The notes under the pieces are model-generated. The model did not search any database, had not been told where the DNA came from, and saw only the letters and a list, made by a program, of their open reading frames with translations. Positions 10,023 through 19,471 of a stretch of DNA of 64,000 bases are shown here, in pieces; the first letter of the stretch is position 1, and every line of letters begins with the position of its first letter. The stretch comes from Gammaproteobacteria bacterium. Its GTDB lineage: Bacteria; Pseudomonadota; Gammaproteobacteria; JAUZRS01. A program made the translations under genes and the position numbers. The stretch lies in the NCBI GenBank assembly GCA_030949385.1, contig JAUZSP010000006.1, forward strand, positions 64,121 through 128,120, read 5' to 3'.

Positions 10023-11261
10023 TTATAGGATCAGCATGGCCGCCACGGTCAGTGCCAGTAGGGCGATGATGCCGATTAAGATGGGGGTGAGATTTTTATT
10101 CTGTACGCCATTGCCGTTATTTGCCGCTGTGTTTGTTTTGGCTCGGTTGTTGAGCGCGGTTTTAAAGGTTTCAATCTCTTTGAAGCGTCTCATGCCTTGC
10201 GGTTGCAGTGCCTTGTCAATGGCATCGCAAAAGTGTTGGTTTAGATCGCTGCGTACGTTGTGTAGCGGAACGGCGATCTCTCTGGGTGGTGAGCCGGTGG
10301 CCATTTCATAAGCAATGGCTGCTAGAGAGTATTGATCGCTTTGCAGGGTGGCTGTTGAGGCATTGAGTCTCTGTTCGGGGGCTTTATAAAAAAGGGCTTT
10401 TTTGCTTGAACTGCTGGAGTTGATGCGGGCAAAACCGGACAGCTTGCTGTTGTTATGCACATCCAGCCAGATGTTTTTCGGGCTGATGTCACCGTGACTG
10501 CCCTGCTGGTGGACGTAACTGAGTGCGTCACAGAGGGGGTTGATGATCTCCAGTACTTCATTTTCTTGAAAGGGACTGTTCTGCTTTTGGCGTTGTGCGA
10601 TCAGTTTGCGCAGGCTTTTACCCTGCGATACTTCCATGCTGGCGTAGGTTAAATTTTGTTCGTGCTGAGCATCATAGATGTGCACTATGTTTTCATGTTG
10701 CAGTTCACTGGCGCGTTGAGCACTGTGAAAAAAGCTGACTTTGTCGCCGTCACTGACGTTGGGGTTCAAGACTCTGATGGCGATGTTTTCTCCGCGCCTG
10801 CTGTCACGCGCCAGATACAACTCGGATACTCGATCCTGGGAGAGAAAGGCTTTAATGCTGTAACGTTGGTAAGCCAATGTTTGCCCAACGGTAAGGTTTT
10901 TTCCAGCCGACTTTACGCTCGCTTTTTGTGTGCGTCGTTGAGTCGCGGGGGGCTGATTTTCGGTTAGGACAAAATCGAGTTTATGTGCGCGTTTAGGGCG
11001 CTTTTTGGGTGTGTGTTTTGTGTCTGTGCGTTGGCGGCGAATGTTGGCCAGAGCTTCGGCAATGTCGGGAGAGTCTCCGATGATGGTCTCGTCCAGATCT
11101 AGGCTGCTTTCTGCTGCTGGAGCGATTTTTCGGCTCGTTTTAGGTTGTGCTTTTCCATGGCGTATGTTGTTAAGAGCCGCTTCCAAATCTTGTGATTGTT
11201 GGCCAATAAGGGTTTCATCTAACTCTAAATCGATGTCTCCCTGTTTTGAGATTTTGTGCAT
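10023..11261 (-). CDS. Hanks-type Ser/Thr kinase-fold protein with degenerate catalytic motifs and a C-terminal TM helix
   Basis: HENIVHIYD, HGDISPKNI, YKAPEQ, SDQYSLA..YEMATG subdomains; hydrophobic C-terminus. Confidence 0.8.
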   Translation of the reverse strand: MHKISKQGDIDLELDETLIGQQSQDLEAALNNIRHGKAQPKTSRKIAPAAESSLDLDETIIGDSPDIAEALANIRRQRTDTKHTPKKRPKRAHKLDFVLTENQPPATQRRTQKASVKSAGKNLTVGQTLAYQRYSIKAFLSQDRVSELYLARDSRRGENIAIRVLNPNVSDGDKVSFFHSAQRASELQHENIVHIYDAQHEQNLTYASMEVSQGKSLRKLIAQRQKQNSPFQENEVLEIINPLCDALSYVHQQGSHGDISPKNIWLDVHNNSKLSGFARINSSSSSKKALFYKAPEQRLNASTATLQSDQYSLAAIAYEMATGSPPREIAVPLHNVRSDLNQHFCDAIDKALQPQGMRRFKEIETFKTALNNRAKTNTAANNGNGVQNKNLTPILIGIIALLALTVAAMLIL

Positions 11262-11443
11262 AGCAGTTCCTGGCTAGGTCGATGTCTTGTGCTCATTCTC
11301 ACCCCGTGATCTTAAAAAATTCGGATTTGATTCATTAACAGCAAAGGTTAGGTTAAACGGTACTGTTTTGCTGATAAAAGTTGGCATTATTAATGCCTTG
11401 TTTTTTGTGCGTGTTAAATAATTGACTTGGGGAAAGTATAACA

Positions 11444-11806
11444 ATGAGTACACACGACGAGATAGATAAAGCCATTTCAGCACACGGCATGTGGAAACAT
11501 AAATTACGCAAAGCGATTGATTGCGGCGTATGTGATTCGACTCCTGACCGAGTCACGATGGATAACAACTGCGCCTTTGGCAAGTGGTTGCATGAGCGCA
11601 TTGATGCCCATGATAAGGGGTCTTCCTATTACAGTGAAATCGTTGATTTACACGCACAGTTTCATCGGGAAGCGGGGGCAATATTGGGTTTGGTATTAGA
11701 AGGTGATAACGCGGCTGCCAGTAGCCGAATGACTCTGACCAGTACCTTTTCCACTCTGTCGGGCAATTTGACTCGCACCATGAAGGCGTGGCAAACAACT
11801 CTTTGA
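11444..11806 (+). CDS. Stand-alone CZB (chemoreceptor zinc-binding) domain protein
   Basis: H..WK, CAFGKW and HxxFH zinc-ligand motifs. Confidence 0.85.
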   Translation: MSTHDEIDKAISAHGMWKHKLRKAIDCGVCDSTPDRVTMDNNCAFGKWLHERIDAHDKGSSYYSEIVDLHAQFHREAGAILGLVLEGDNAAASSRMTLTSTFSTLSGNLTRTMKAWQTTL

Positions 11807-11850
11807 GAGTGATCTCTGTCCTTTTTTGTGAACAGAAAGTGAGCGATTTT

Positions 11851-12596
11851 TTATTCTTGCTCCAATAAAAGTGTGTTGTCTTTGGGCAGCGCCATCGTTT
11901 CAAGCTCGCTGGGGGCAGCGAGGGCAAAGCGTTGCTCGATGCTCTGTTGCAATTGTTGCATTTGGGATTCGACCAGTGTGTGGCTCTGTTCGTAGATGAG
12001 GGTTTTGGCTGTTAGGGAGGAGTCTATTAGGCTTTTTTGGCGTTGCTGTAAGGCATCCAATTGGCTTCGTTGGTAGTCGAAATTGCGGGTAATATCTTGT
12101 TCAATGGCTTTGCTGAACAGAGTGTGTGCGCTGCTTCCTTCTGGATGGGCATCCAGTTGTGCGGCTAGAGAGGGCAGTTTGTTTTGCATGTAGTTGTCGT
12201 TTTCTTCGATGAGCGAGGCGCTCATTTTTTCGTAATGCAGGTCGATTTTTTGGATCAGTTCCAGAGAACCGTGTTCGATCATTTGGAGGCGTTCTTGTGC
12301 CAGTTGATTGACGGTTTTGACCAGTTGAATCATTGAGTTTTGCAGTGCTTCTGCGCCTCTGAACTTGGCTTCTAGCAAGGCGGCTTCCATGCGTGTGTTG
12401 AACTCGATGAGCTCCATCTGCGTCTCTTTGTGCAGTTTTATTTTTTTCGATGCCCAATTCGGCCAGTTTTACCTTGTCGGGTTCATAAATTGTATGGCTG
12501 CTACTGCTGTGGCTGCTGGTGTTGCTGCTAAAGAGATCGCCGACGGTGCTGAGAGCGCCGGTAAAAATATCACCTACTGTGCTAAAAAAATCCCAT
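11851..12596 (-). CDS. Hypothetical coiled-coil protein (~247 aa after correcting two +1 homopolymer indels)
   Basis: SD GAAGGAAG and ATG at 12596; removing one base from each of two 7-nt runs (~12587, ~12444) joins MGFFSTVGDIF... in frame to ORF 11851..12417. Confidence 0.65.
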
Positions 12597-12629
12597 GTTG
12601 ATCTTCCTTCTGTTTGAGGTCTGTTTGCC

Positions 12630-14558
12630 CTAAGCGGCGTTTGAGGTGAGGCTTTTTTTCATTTTATAGAGCAGTTGATTGAACTCTTTATTGCGCTGTT
12701 GCCGAGCGTTTGAGAATGCAAGGCTGTCTTGTAACAGGCTTTCTAGGGTCTGCTTTTCCAGTTCGCGGAATTTGTTAAGGATGAGGGTGCTCTGTTGGCT
12801 GGGTTGTTCAGTCAGGCTGCTGGCGCGGCTGAGGGTGTGTTGCAGCCAGCTTTCAGCCCATTGGTAGAAGGTTTCTTTGTGGCTGCTGTTTTCCAGCGCA
12901 AAGAGGCCTTTTTCCAGCTCAAGTTGCAGGGTGTGGGTCAGTTCGGTGCGTTTGATTTCCAGATCCAGTTGTTCAGCGTGTTTGCCGCTGCCGTTGAGGT
13001 CACACGCTTGGTGGATTTGTAAGCGTTCGATGGTGAGCAGGTGTTGCATCTGGTCTCGATGGGATTGCAGGGCGGTGAAGAGGGGGGCGGCTGCGTCGCA
13101 ATGCAGTTGTTCGTTTAAGAGCAGCTCCATCAGCGTTTGTAGTTTGGTTTCCAGTTTGGCGTGAAAATCGAGCCATTCTTGTTGCCAGACGGTTGTGAGG
13201 TCATGGTCGATCAGTTCCTCTTGGCAACGCTGTTGAAAATCGGGCAGGTGCTGGGTTTGACGCTGTTGGCTCTGTTTTAACCAGGCTTGATGCTGTTCGA
13301 TGAGCAGTGTGACGCTGTTTTGGTGTTGGCTGTACCAGTCGATTTTTTGCCGTTGTTCATCGATCAATTGAATGCTGTAATCGGCGACCACTTCAAATCT
13401 TGGGCAAGGTTGCTGTTGCAGTTCATAAAGAGCATTCAGTGGGTTTTTTTCGATCTGTTGCAGTTTGTGCTGTAGCTGAGTGACATCGTCTTGCAGTGCG
13501 GCCAATTTTTTTTCTGTGCTGTGCAGTTTAAAATCAAGGTGTTGCTGTAAAAAACGTTGTCGTGGGGCGCAGTCGTCGGGCAGTTCTGCGGGTGCTTGTT
13601 GCAGTTGTTGGTTGATGTGGTGCAGTTCTGCGAAGAGTTGGGGGTGATCTGTTTGTGCGCTTAAAAGATCGTTGTTTAAGTCATTCAGCCAGCGTTGCAA
13701 ACCTGCTGCGTAGGCGCTGGGGGTTGCGTCAATTTCGGTGCTGGAGTAGTGCTGTTTGCGTTCGCTGTGGTTGAGGCCGTTGAAAGGGGTGGTGTTGTTG
13801 ATGTCTTCGATCTGCTGTTCAAGTTGATCCTGTTGTTGTTCCAATTGAAATATCTGCATGCATTGCTGATAGGTTTGCTGGAGTTGTTCGGTTTTTTCGC
13901 CTTCAAATTCCAGCTGCCACTGTTGCTCGGTAAAAAACATGAGTCGTTTTTGGGTGTAGGTTTCTACAGCCTCTTTAGATTGATCGTGCTCTTGTGGTGG
14001 AGTGAAATTTAGATCGGCGAAGGCAAGATGACAGAGAAAGAGATAAGGGAGGTCGATTGCTAGTGGGTTGTCTGTTGTGAAGTTTGTGATATCCATATAG
14101 CCCGTTTCGGTAACGAGGTGAGAGTAAGATTGACCGTTTTTTTGTTGGAGTCTGGGGTCATCACTGATTAAAAAAGTCTTCGTCAAAAAAGGCAGTGTTT
14201 TATCTTCTAATGCAAAGCGCAGTTGTGCGGCGGTAGGAAGTTGCCATGTATCGCGGTTATCTAGGGTGATTGTTTTCAGATTAGTTTGGTGTGGCTGTTT
14301 TTCTATGTAGGCCTTTTCCAGTTCAGGCATATTATGTTTCTTTAAATTAGGCCAAAGCAGACCTCTGTGGCTGTCAAAAATAATGTCAGGGTGGTTGCCT
14401 ATGAACCACCAGCGTTGCTCGTGAATGCGTTCTAGCAGTGATTCGAGGTTGTCGTCGTCAATGTCGTTGAGATTGTCCAGCGTGTTTTTGATTTCAGCGA
14501 GCTGTTGTTGCAATTGATTTTTTTGAGTTTTGTTCGGCTGGGATGGGCTGGATGACAC
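12630..14558 (-). CDS. Hypothetical 642-aa protein, DUF1566/Lcl-like motif plus long Gln-rich coiled coil
   Basis: SD AAGGAG and GTG; DSHRGLLW...WQLPTAAQL resembles the D..TGL.W...WRLPT..EL motif. Confidence 0.7.
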   Translation of the reverse strand: MSSSPSQPNKTQKNQLQQQLAEIKNTLDNLNDIDDDNLESLLERIHEQRWWFIGNHPDIIFDSHRGLLWPNLKKHNMPELEKAYIEKQPHQTNLKTITLDNRDTWQLPTAAQLRFALEDKTLPFLTKTFLISDDPRLQQKNGQSYSHLVTETGYMDITNFTTDNPLAIDLPYLFLCHLAFADLNFTPPQEHDQSKEAVETYTQKRLMFFTEQQWQLEFEGEKTEQLQQTYQQCMQIFQLEQQQDQLEQQIEDINNTTPFNGLNHSERKQHYSSTEIDATPSAYAAGLQRWLNDLNNDLLSAQTDHPQLFAELHHINQQLQQAPAELPDDCAPRQRFLQQHLDFKLHSTEKKLAALQDDVTQLQHKLQQIEKNPLNALYELQQQPCPRFEVVADYSIQLIDEQRQKIDWYSQHQNSVTLLIEQHQAWLKQSQQRQTQHLPDFQQRCQEELIDHDLTTVWQQEWLDFHAKLETKLQTLMELLLNEQLHCDAAAPLFTALQSHRDQMQHLLTIERLQIHQACDLNGSGKHAEQLDLEIKRTELTHTLQLELEKGLFALENSSHKETFYQWAESWLQHTLSRASSLTEQPSQQSTLILNKFRELEKQTLESLLQDSLAFSNARQQRNKEFNQLLYKMKKSLTSNAA

Positions 14559-14697
14559 GGTATTGCTCCTTCAAGGCGGGGTACTGGGCTAAGGCGGGCC
14601 AGTTTAACGGATTTTACTTTGTACTGACAAGCGGGCTAGGAAACAACATCTCTGTTGTGGGTGTGTAGATGGGACATTTTAAGGGAGGAAAAAACGC

Positions 14698-14719
14698 AGG
14701 GCAGAGTGATCTCTGCCCT
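14698..14719 (-). terminator. Probable intrinsic terminator after pgi
   Basis: AGGGCAGAG-tgat-CTCTGCCCT hairpin followed by a T run on the minus strand. Confidence 0.6.
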
Positions 14720-14729
14720 TTTTCTTGGC

Positions 14730-16370
14730 TTATTTTCGTGCAGCTTTGTAATGGTTGATCAAACCGTTAGTGGAGCTGTCGTGGCTGCTGACCGGTTGGT
14801 TGTCTTGCAGCTCGGGCTGGATGTGTTGCGCCAATTGCTTGCCCAGCTCCACGCCCCATTGATCGTAGGAGTTGATGTTCCAGATGATGCCTTGGACAAA
14901 AATTTTCTGTTCATAAAGGGCGATTAACATCCCCAAGGTGCTGGGGGTAATCTGATTGCACATAATGGAATTGCTCGGACGGTTTCCAGGGAAAATTTTG
15001 TGCTGTAGCAGAGCTTGGATTTGCTCTTCTTTCAGACCGTCGGCCTCTAACTCGGCGCGCACCTCGGTGGCCTCTTTGCCCACCATCAAGGCTTCACTCT
15101 GAGCAAAAAAGTTGGAGAGCAAAATGGCGTGTTGCTCGCCGATGGGGTTGAGGCTGTTGGCAGGGGCGATAAAATCGGCGGGAATCAGGCGGGTGCCTTG
15201 GTGCAGCAGTTGATAATAGGCGTGTTGGCCATTGGTGCCCGGACTGCCCCAAATGATCGGGCCGGTGTCGTAATCGACGGGGTTGCCCTCGCGGTCGGTG
15301 CGCTTGCCGTTGCTCTCCATGTCGCCTTGCTGAAAGTAGTCGGCAAAGTAGCGTAAATATTGGTCGTAGGGCAGCAGGACGTGGCTTTGTGCGCCAAAAA
15401 AATTGATGTGCCAGACCCCGATCAGCGCCAGAATGACTGGCATATTCTGCTCCAGCGGAGCGTTGCGAAAATGTTCGTCCATTTGGTGTGCGCCATCGAG
15501 CAGCTCTTCAAACTGATCCATGCCAAGATTGAGGGCGATGCTCAGACCCACCGACGACCAGAGCGAGTAACGCCCTCCCACCCAGTCCCAGAACTCAAAT
15601 ACGCAGTCGGAGTTGATGCCAAATTTTGCTGTGGCTTCTAAATTGGTGCTGACGGCAACAAAGTGTTTGGCTAGATGCTGTTCTTCTTTGGCGCTGGCCA
15701 AAAACCAGTCGCGCACCGCGTGGGCGTTGGTGAGGGTTTCCTGAGTGGTGAAGGTTTTGGAGACCACCACCACTAAGGTGGTGGCGGGATTGAGGTTTTT
15801 TAGGGTCTCGCTGACGTGGGTGCCGTCCACATTGGAGACAAAGTGAATTTTGGGGCCTTGGGCGTAATGTTTCAGCGCTTCGCAGACCATCAAGGGGCCA
15901 AGGTCGGAGCCGCCGATGCCGATGTTGATCACATCGGTGATGGTTTGGCCGCTGTAACCTAACCACTCGCCGCTGCGAACTTGATCGGTGAAGTGGCGCA
16001 TCTGCTGCAAGACTCGTTTTACATCGGGCATCACATCCTTGCCATCGACAAAAACCGGGCGGTTACTGCGGTTGCGCAGGGCGCTGTGCAGCACGGCGCG
16101 TTGCTCGGTGTTGTTGATTTTATCGCCGCTGAATTGGCGTTCAATCCAAGCAGGAACATCGCGCTCTTGGGCTAAGGCCAGCAATTTGTCGAGGGTGTTG
16201 CTGGTGATGCGGTTTTTGGAAAAATCCAACAGCAGTTCATCAAAGGTGAGAGAGAATTTTTCAAACCGTTGGGGATCTTGGGCAAACAGCTCGCGTAGGG
16301 TGAGTGATTCGATGTCGCTTTTGTGTTGAGCGAGCGCCTGCCAAGCGGGGCTTTGTGTGAGTTTGGGCAT
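14730..16370 (-). CDS. pgi: Glucose-6-phosphate isomerase
   Basis: [37 protein letters not shown]; start at MPKL (16370). Confidence 0.97.
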   Translation of the reverse strand: MPKLTQSPAWQALAQHKSDIESLTLRELFAQDPQRFEKFSLTFDELLLDFSKNRITSNTLDKLLALAQERDVPAWIERQFSGDKINNTEQRAVLHSALRNRSNRPVFVDGKDVMPDVKRVLQQMRHFTDQVRSGEWLGYSGQTITDVINIGIGGSDLGPLMVCEALKHYAQGPKIHFVSNVDGTHVSETLKNLNPATTLVVVVSKTFTTQETLTNAHAVRDWFLASAKEEQHLAKHFVAVSTNLEATAKFGINSDCVFEFWDWVGGRYSLWSSVGLSIALNLGMDQFEELLDGAHQMDEHFRNAPLEQNMPVILALIGVWHINFFGAQSHVLLPYDQYLRYFADYFQQGDMESNGKRTDREGNPVDYDTGPIIWGSPGTNGQHAYYQLLHQGTRLIPADFIAPANSLNPIGEQHAILLSNFFAQSEALMVGKEATEVRAELEADGLKEEQIQALLQHKIFPGNRPSNSIMCNQITPSTLGMLIALYEQKIFVQGIIWNINSYDQWGVELGKQLAQHIQPELQDNQPVSSHDSSTNGLINHYKAARK

Positions 16371-16550
16371 GGTGACGGATTCTCTGCTGTTAGGAAATTT
16401 TTTCATGTTTTAGCACACTGGTCATCAAACGGAAAGAGTGCGGTATTTTATTTGTGAATGACGTACAATTTGCGCGCCTAGATTGGCTCCTTTTTGTTGC
16501 TGTCAAAGCCGTCCACCTTCCATTTAAAACCGCTGGGGAAAAGTGTAACG

Positions 16551-18014
16551 ATGCGTATTTTATTTGTTGCCAGTGAAGTTCATCCGTTGATTAAAACCGG
16601 TGGTTTGGCCGATGTTGCCGGTCATTTGCCTCCGGCGCTGCTGGCGCAAGGTGAAGAGATTCGGATTGTGATGCCCGCCTATCGTGCCGCACTGCAAGGA
16701 TTAGAGCAGATTGAGGTGGTGGCGGAGTTGTTTCTATTGGGAGCAGCCCAGCCGGTAGAAATTTTGCAAAGCATCTTGCCGGGTACGGCGGTGCCGATCT
16801 ATTTGGTTCGTTGTCCACAATATTTTGATCGTGAGGGCGGTCCTTATGCCGACAGCGAGGGCAATGATTGGACGGACAACGCGGCTCGTTTTACCCTTTT
16901 TGCCCGTGCAGTGGTTGAGTTGGCGCAAAATCGAGCGGCTTTGGAATGGCAGCCGGATTTGGTGCATTGCAATGATTGGCAGACAGGGTTGGTGCCCGCG
17001 CTGCTCAAATGTGAGGCCGTTGCGCCGAAAACGTTGTTTACCATTCATAATTTGGCTTATCAGGGATTGTTCTCTTGGCAGAGCTTCCAATCGTTGCAGT
17101 TACCCCGTGATCTTTGGGGGTGGAGGCAATGGAGTTTTACGGCAACTTTTCTTTTATGAAAGGCGGCTTGGTTTATGCCGATCACCTCTCTACGGTTAGT
17201 CCTCAATACGCTGAGGAAATTTTAACCCCAGAGTACGGTTACGGTTTGGAAGGGTTGCTGAGCAGTCGTGCTGGATGATCTGTCGGGCATTTTGAATGGA
17301 GTGGAGTATGAGATATGGAACCCAGAGCACGATGAAGCCATTGCGGTTAATTACGGTGTGGATAGTTTGGCGCTGAAGTCCGAAAACAAACGTGCGTTGC
17401 AGCGTGAGTACCGTCTTGATGAAGAGCCAGATAAACCGCTGATTGTCTATGTGGGGCGTTTGGCGGATCAAAAAGGGGTGGATCTGATTCTGTCGGGATT
17501 GCCGTCGATGGTGGAGCACTTGGGAATGCAGGTGCTGCTGCTGGGCAGCGGTCGGCGTGACCTTGAAGAGGCGTTGTGGGTCGTGGGGGATCGTTATCCT
17601 GGACAAGTGGCGACCTATGTGGGTTTCAGTGAAGATCGAGTGCATCGCATTAAAGCAGGAGCGGATATGTTCCTGATGCCGTCTCGGTTTGAGCCTTGCG
17701 GTCTGAATCAGATTTACAGCTTGCGTTACGGGGCAGTGCCGATTGTGCGAGCGGTCGGCGGGTTGGTGGACACGGTGGTGGATGCGTCTCCTGATGCAGT
17801 GGAGAAGGGCGTTGCAACGGGTTTTCACTTCGGCTCTGCCAATGCCGGTGATATGTTGTATTGCGTGGGACGCGCGTGCGAGCTTTACCGTGATAAACCA
17901 AATTTATGGCGTAACTTGATGCTGAATGGCATGCAGCAGGATTTCAGTTGGCAGCAGGGTGCCAAGCATTATTGCGATTTGTATCGCCGGATTGTGAGTC
18001 AGAAAAAAGCATAA
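16551..18014 (+). CDS. glgA: Glycogen synthase, split by two compensating indels (~17120, ~17273)
   Basis: [33 protein letters not shown]; the middle segment ([13 protein letters not shown]...[11 protein letters not shown]) is intact in another frame. Confidence 0.9.
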
Positions 18015-18146
18015 TGGTAGTAATTTGGTGGAAAACGTGTTGTATTTGGCATTCAATTGCAAAGGTTATAAGGGGGAGGGAACTGGCTAGGATGGGTTAA
18101 GTGTTGTTTTGAATTGTTTTTTTGCGTTAAGACCAAGGGGTTTGCA

Positions 18147-18911
18147 GTGAATTTATTTCAGCTTCCGTTACTTGTTTTTTTGATCGTGGCTTTGCCGTTG
18201 ATGAGTGCTTGTTCCACCACCTCTTCCAGCAGTGGCGCACGCAGTTTAGATGCTAAGGCATTGAGTGGTTTGACCGCCGATGCCAAAGCGGGAAGAGAGC
18301 GTATTAAGCAAGATGCCCTATTGGCTCAGGTGAGTTCCAATGGCTCATTAACGGTGGACAGCAGCACCGCGCAGCTGTTGGCAAAAGCCGCTAGCAGCAA
18401 GAGAGAGATGTACCGTATTGGGGTAGATGATCAAATTCAGATCACGGTCAGAGGCAACCCTGACTTGGATGTGACGGTGCCGGTGCGCCCCGATGGAAAA
18501 ATATCCATGCCGTTGGTAGGAGATATTTTGGTGGGAGGGCGAACCCCTAAAGAGGTCTCTAAAATCATCTCAAATTATTTGGCAAAGTATGTGAGAAACC
18601 CCAGTGCAACGGTGATTATGACCCAGCTGCGCAGTCATGAATATCTGCGCCGAGTGAGAATCACCGGCGCTGTAACCAGCCCTTCTTCCATGCCCTACCG
18701 TGGTGGCATGACGGTATTGGATGCGGTGCTGGCCTCCGGTGGGGTGAATGAATTTGCGGCTCCAAACAAAACCAAGCTGTATCGTAAAATTGACGGTGTG
18801 CAGCACGTCAGTGAGATTCATCTTGATGATATTTTGAAAAAAGGCGAAATGGCGAGCAACATTGCCTTGGCTCCGGGAGACATTGTGACCATCCCTGAAC
18901 GACTTTTTTAA
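18147..18911 (+). CDS. Polysaccharide export lipoprotein (Wza/Poly_export + SLBB)
   Basis: Lipobox LMSAC, YRIGVDD, VRPDGKISMPLVG, LAPGDIVTIPE. Confidence 0.85.
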   Translation: MNLFQLPLLVFLIVALPLMSACSTTSSSSGARSLDAKALSGLTADAKAGRERIKQDALLAQVSSNGSLTVDSSTAQLLAKAASSKREMYRIGVDDQIQITVRGNPDLDVTVPVRPDGKISMPLVGDILVGGRTPKEVSKIISNYLAKYVRNPSATVIMTQLRSHEYLRRVRITGAVTSPSSMPYRGGMTVLDAVLASGGVNEFAAPNKTKLYRKIDGVQHVSEIHLDDILKKGEMASNIALAPGDIVTIPERLF

Positions 18912-19471
18912 GCTTCTCGAACGTAAGCGTATTGCCAAGGCGTTTGGTTGAGCGCGTGTAGTGCATCCAGTAACGCTTGGCTAGGGATGGCTTCGTGAGG
19001 GTGAATGTTTAAAACTTCGATGACACTTCTACCGAAGGCAGCCTGCTTTCGCCAGTTCCATTCCCACGGGGCTGAGGTTTTTTCACAGACGCTGCATGAC
19101 CACCGTTGAGTTTGATCTTTGTGCCACTGCTGTAGATCCGTTTGCCATGTTGGATGGGCTTTTCGGCAGTGTGGGCAGCGAGGTGCTGTGCTCATGCTAT
19201 CCACGGCGCTGTAATAGTGATTTTTTTGTTGCGGCAGATGAATCGCGCAGTAGGTTTGATCGGCTTTCGCTTCTTCTGGTTGCAGGGCGATAAACGGAGA
19301 GCAGCCAACAAAGGTCAGTTGTTCCATAAATCGTTCACCTGAGCGGTAGTGATCGTCTCTGTTTGGCAGAGGATCGGCCATGAGTTGCAGCTGTTGCAGT
19401 GTCCCGATTAAGACGTTGTTGGAGGCTTGCCACTCGATGTGGTTGGAAAACAGGATCAGTTTGGCATTCAT
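18908..19471 (-). CDS. Hypothetical protein with zinc ribbon
   Basis: CPHC...CSVC pair; overlaps the stop of the upstream response regulator by 4 nt. Confidence 0.7.
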   Translation of the reverse strand: MNAKLILFSNHIEWQASNNVLIGTLQQLQLMADPLPNRDDHYRSGERFMEQLTFVGCSPFIALQPEEAKADQTYCAIHLPQQKNHYYSAVDSMSTAPRCPHCRKAHPTWQTDLQQWHKDQTQRWSCSVCEKTSAPWEWNWRKQAAFGRSVIEVLNIHPHEAIPSQALLDALHALNQTPWQYAYVREA

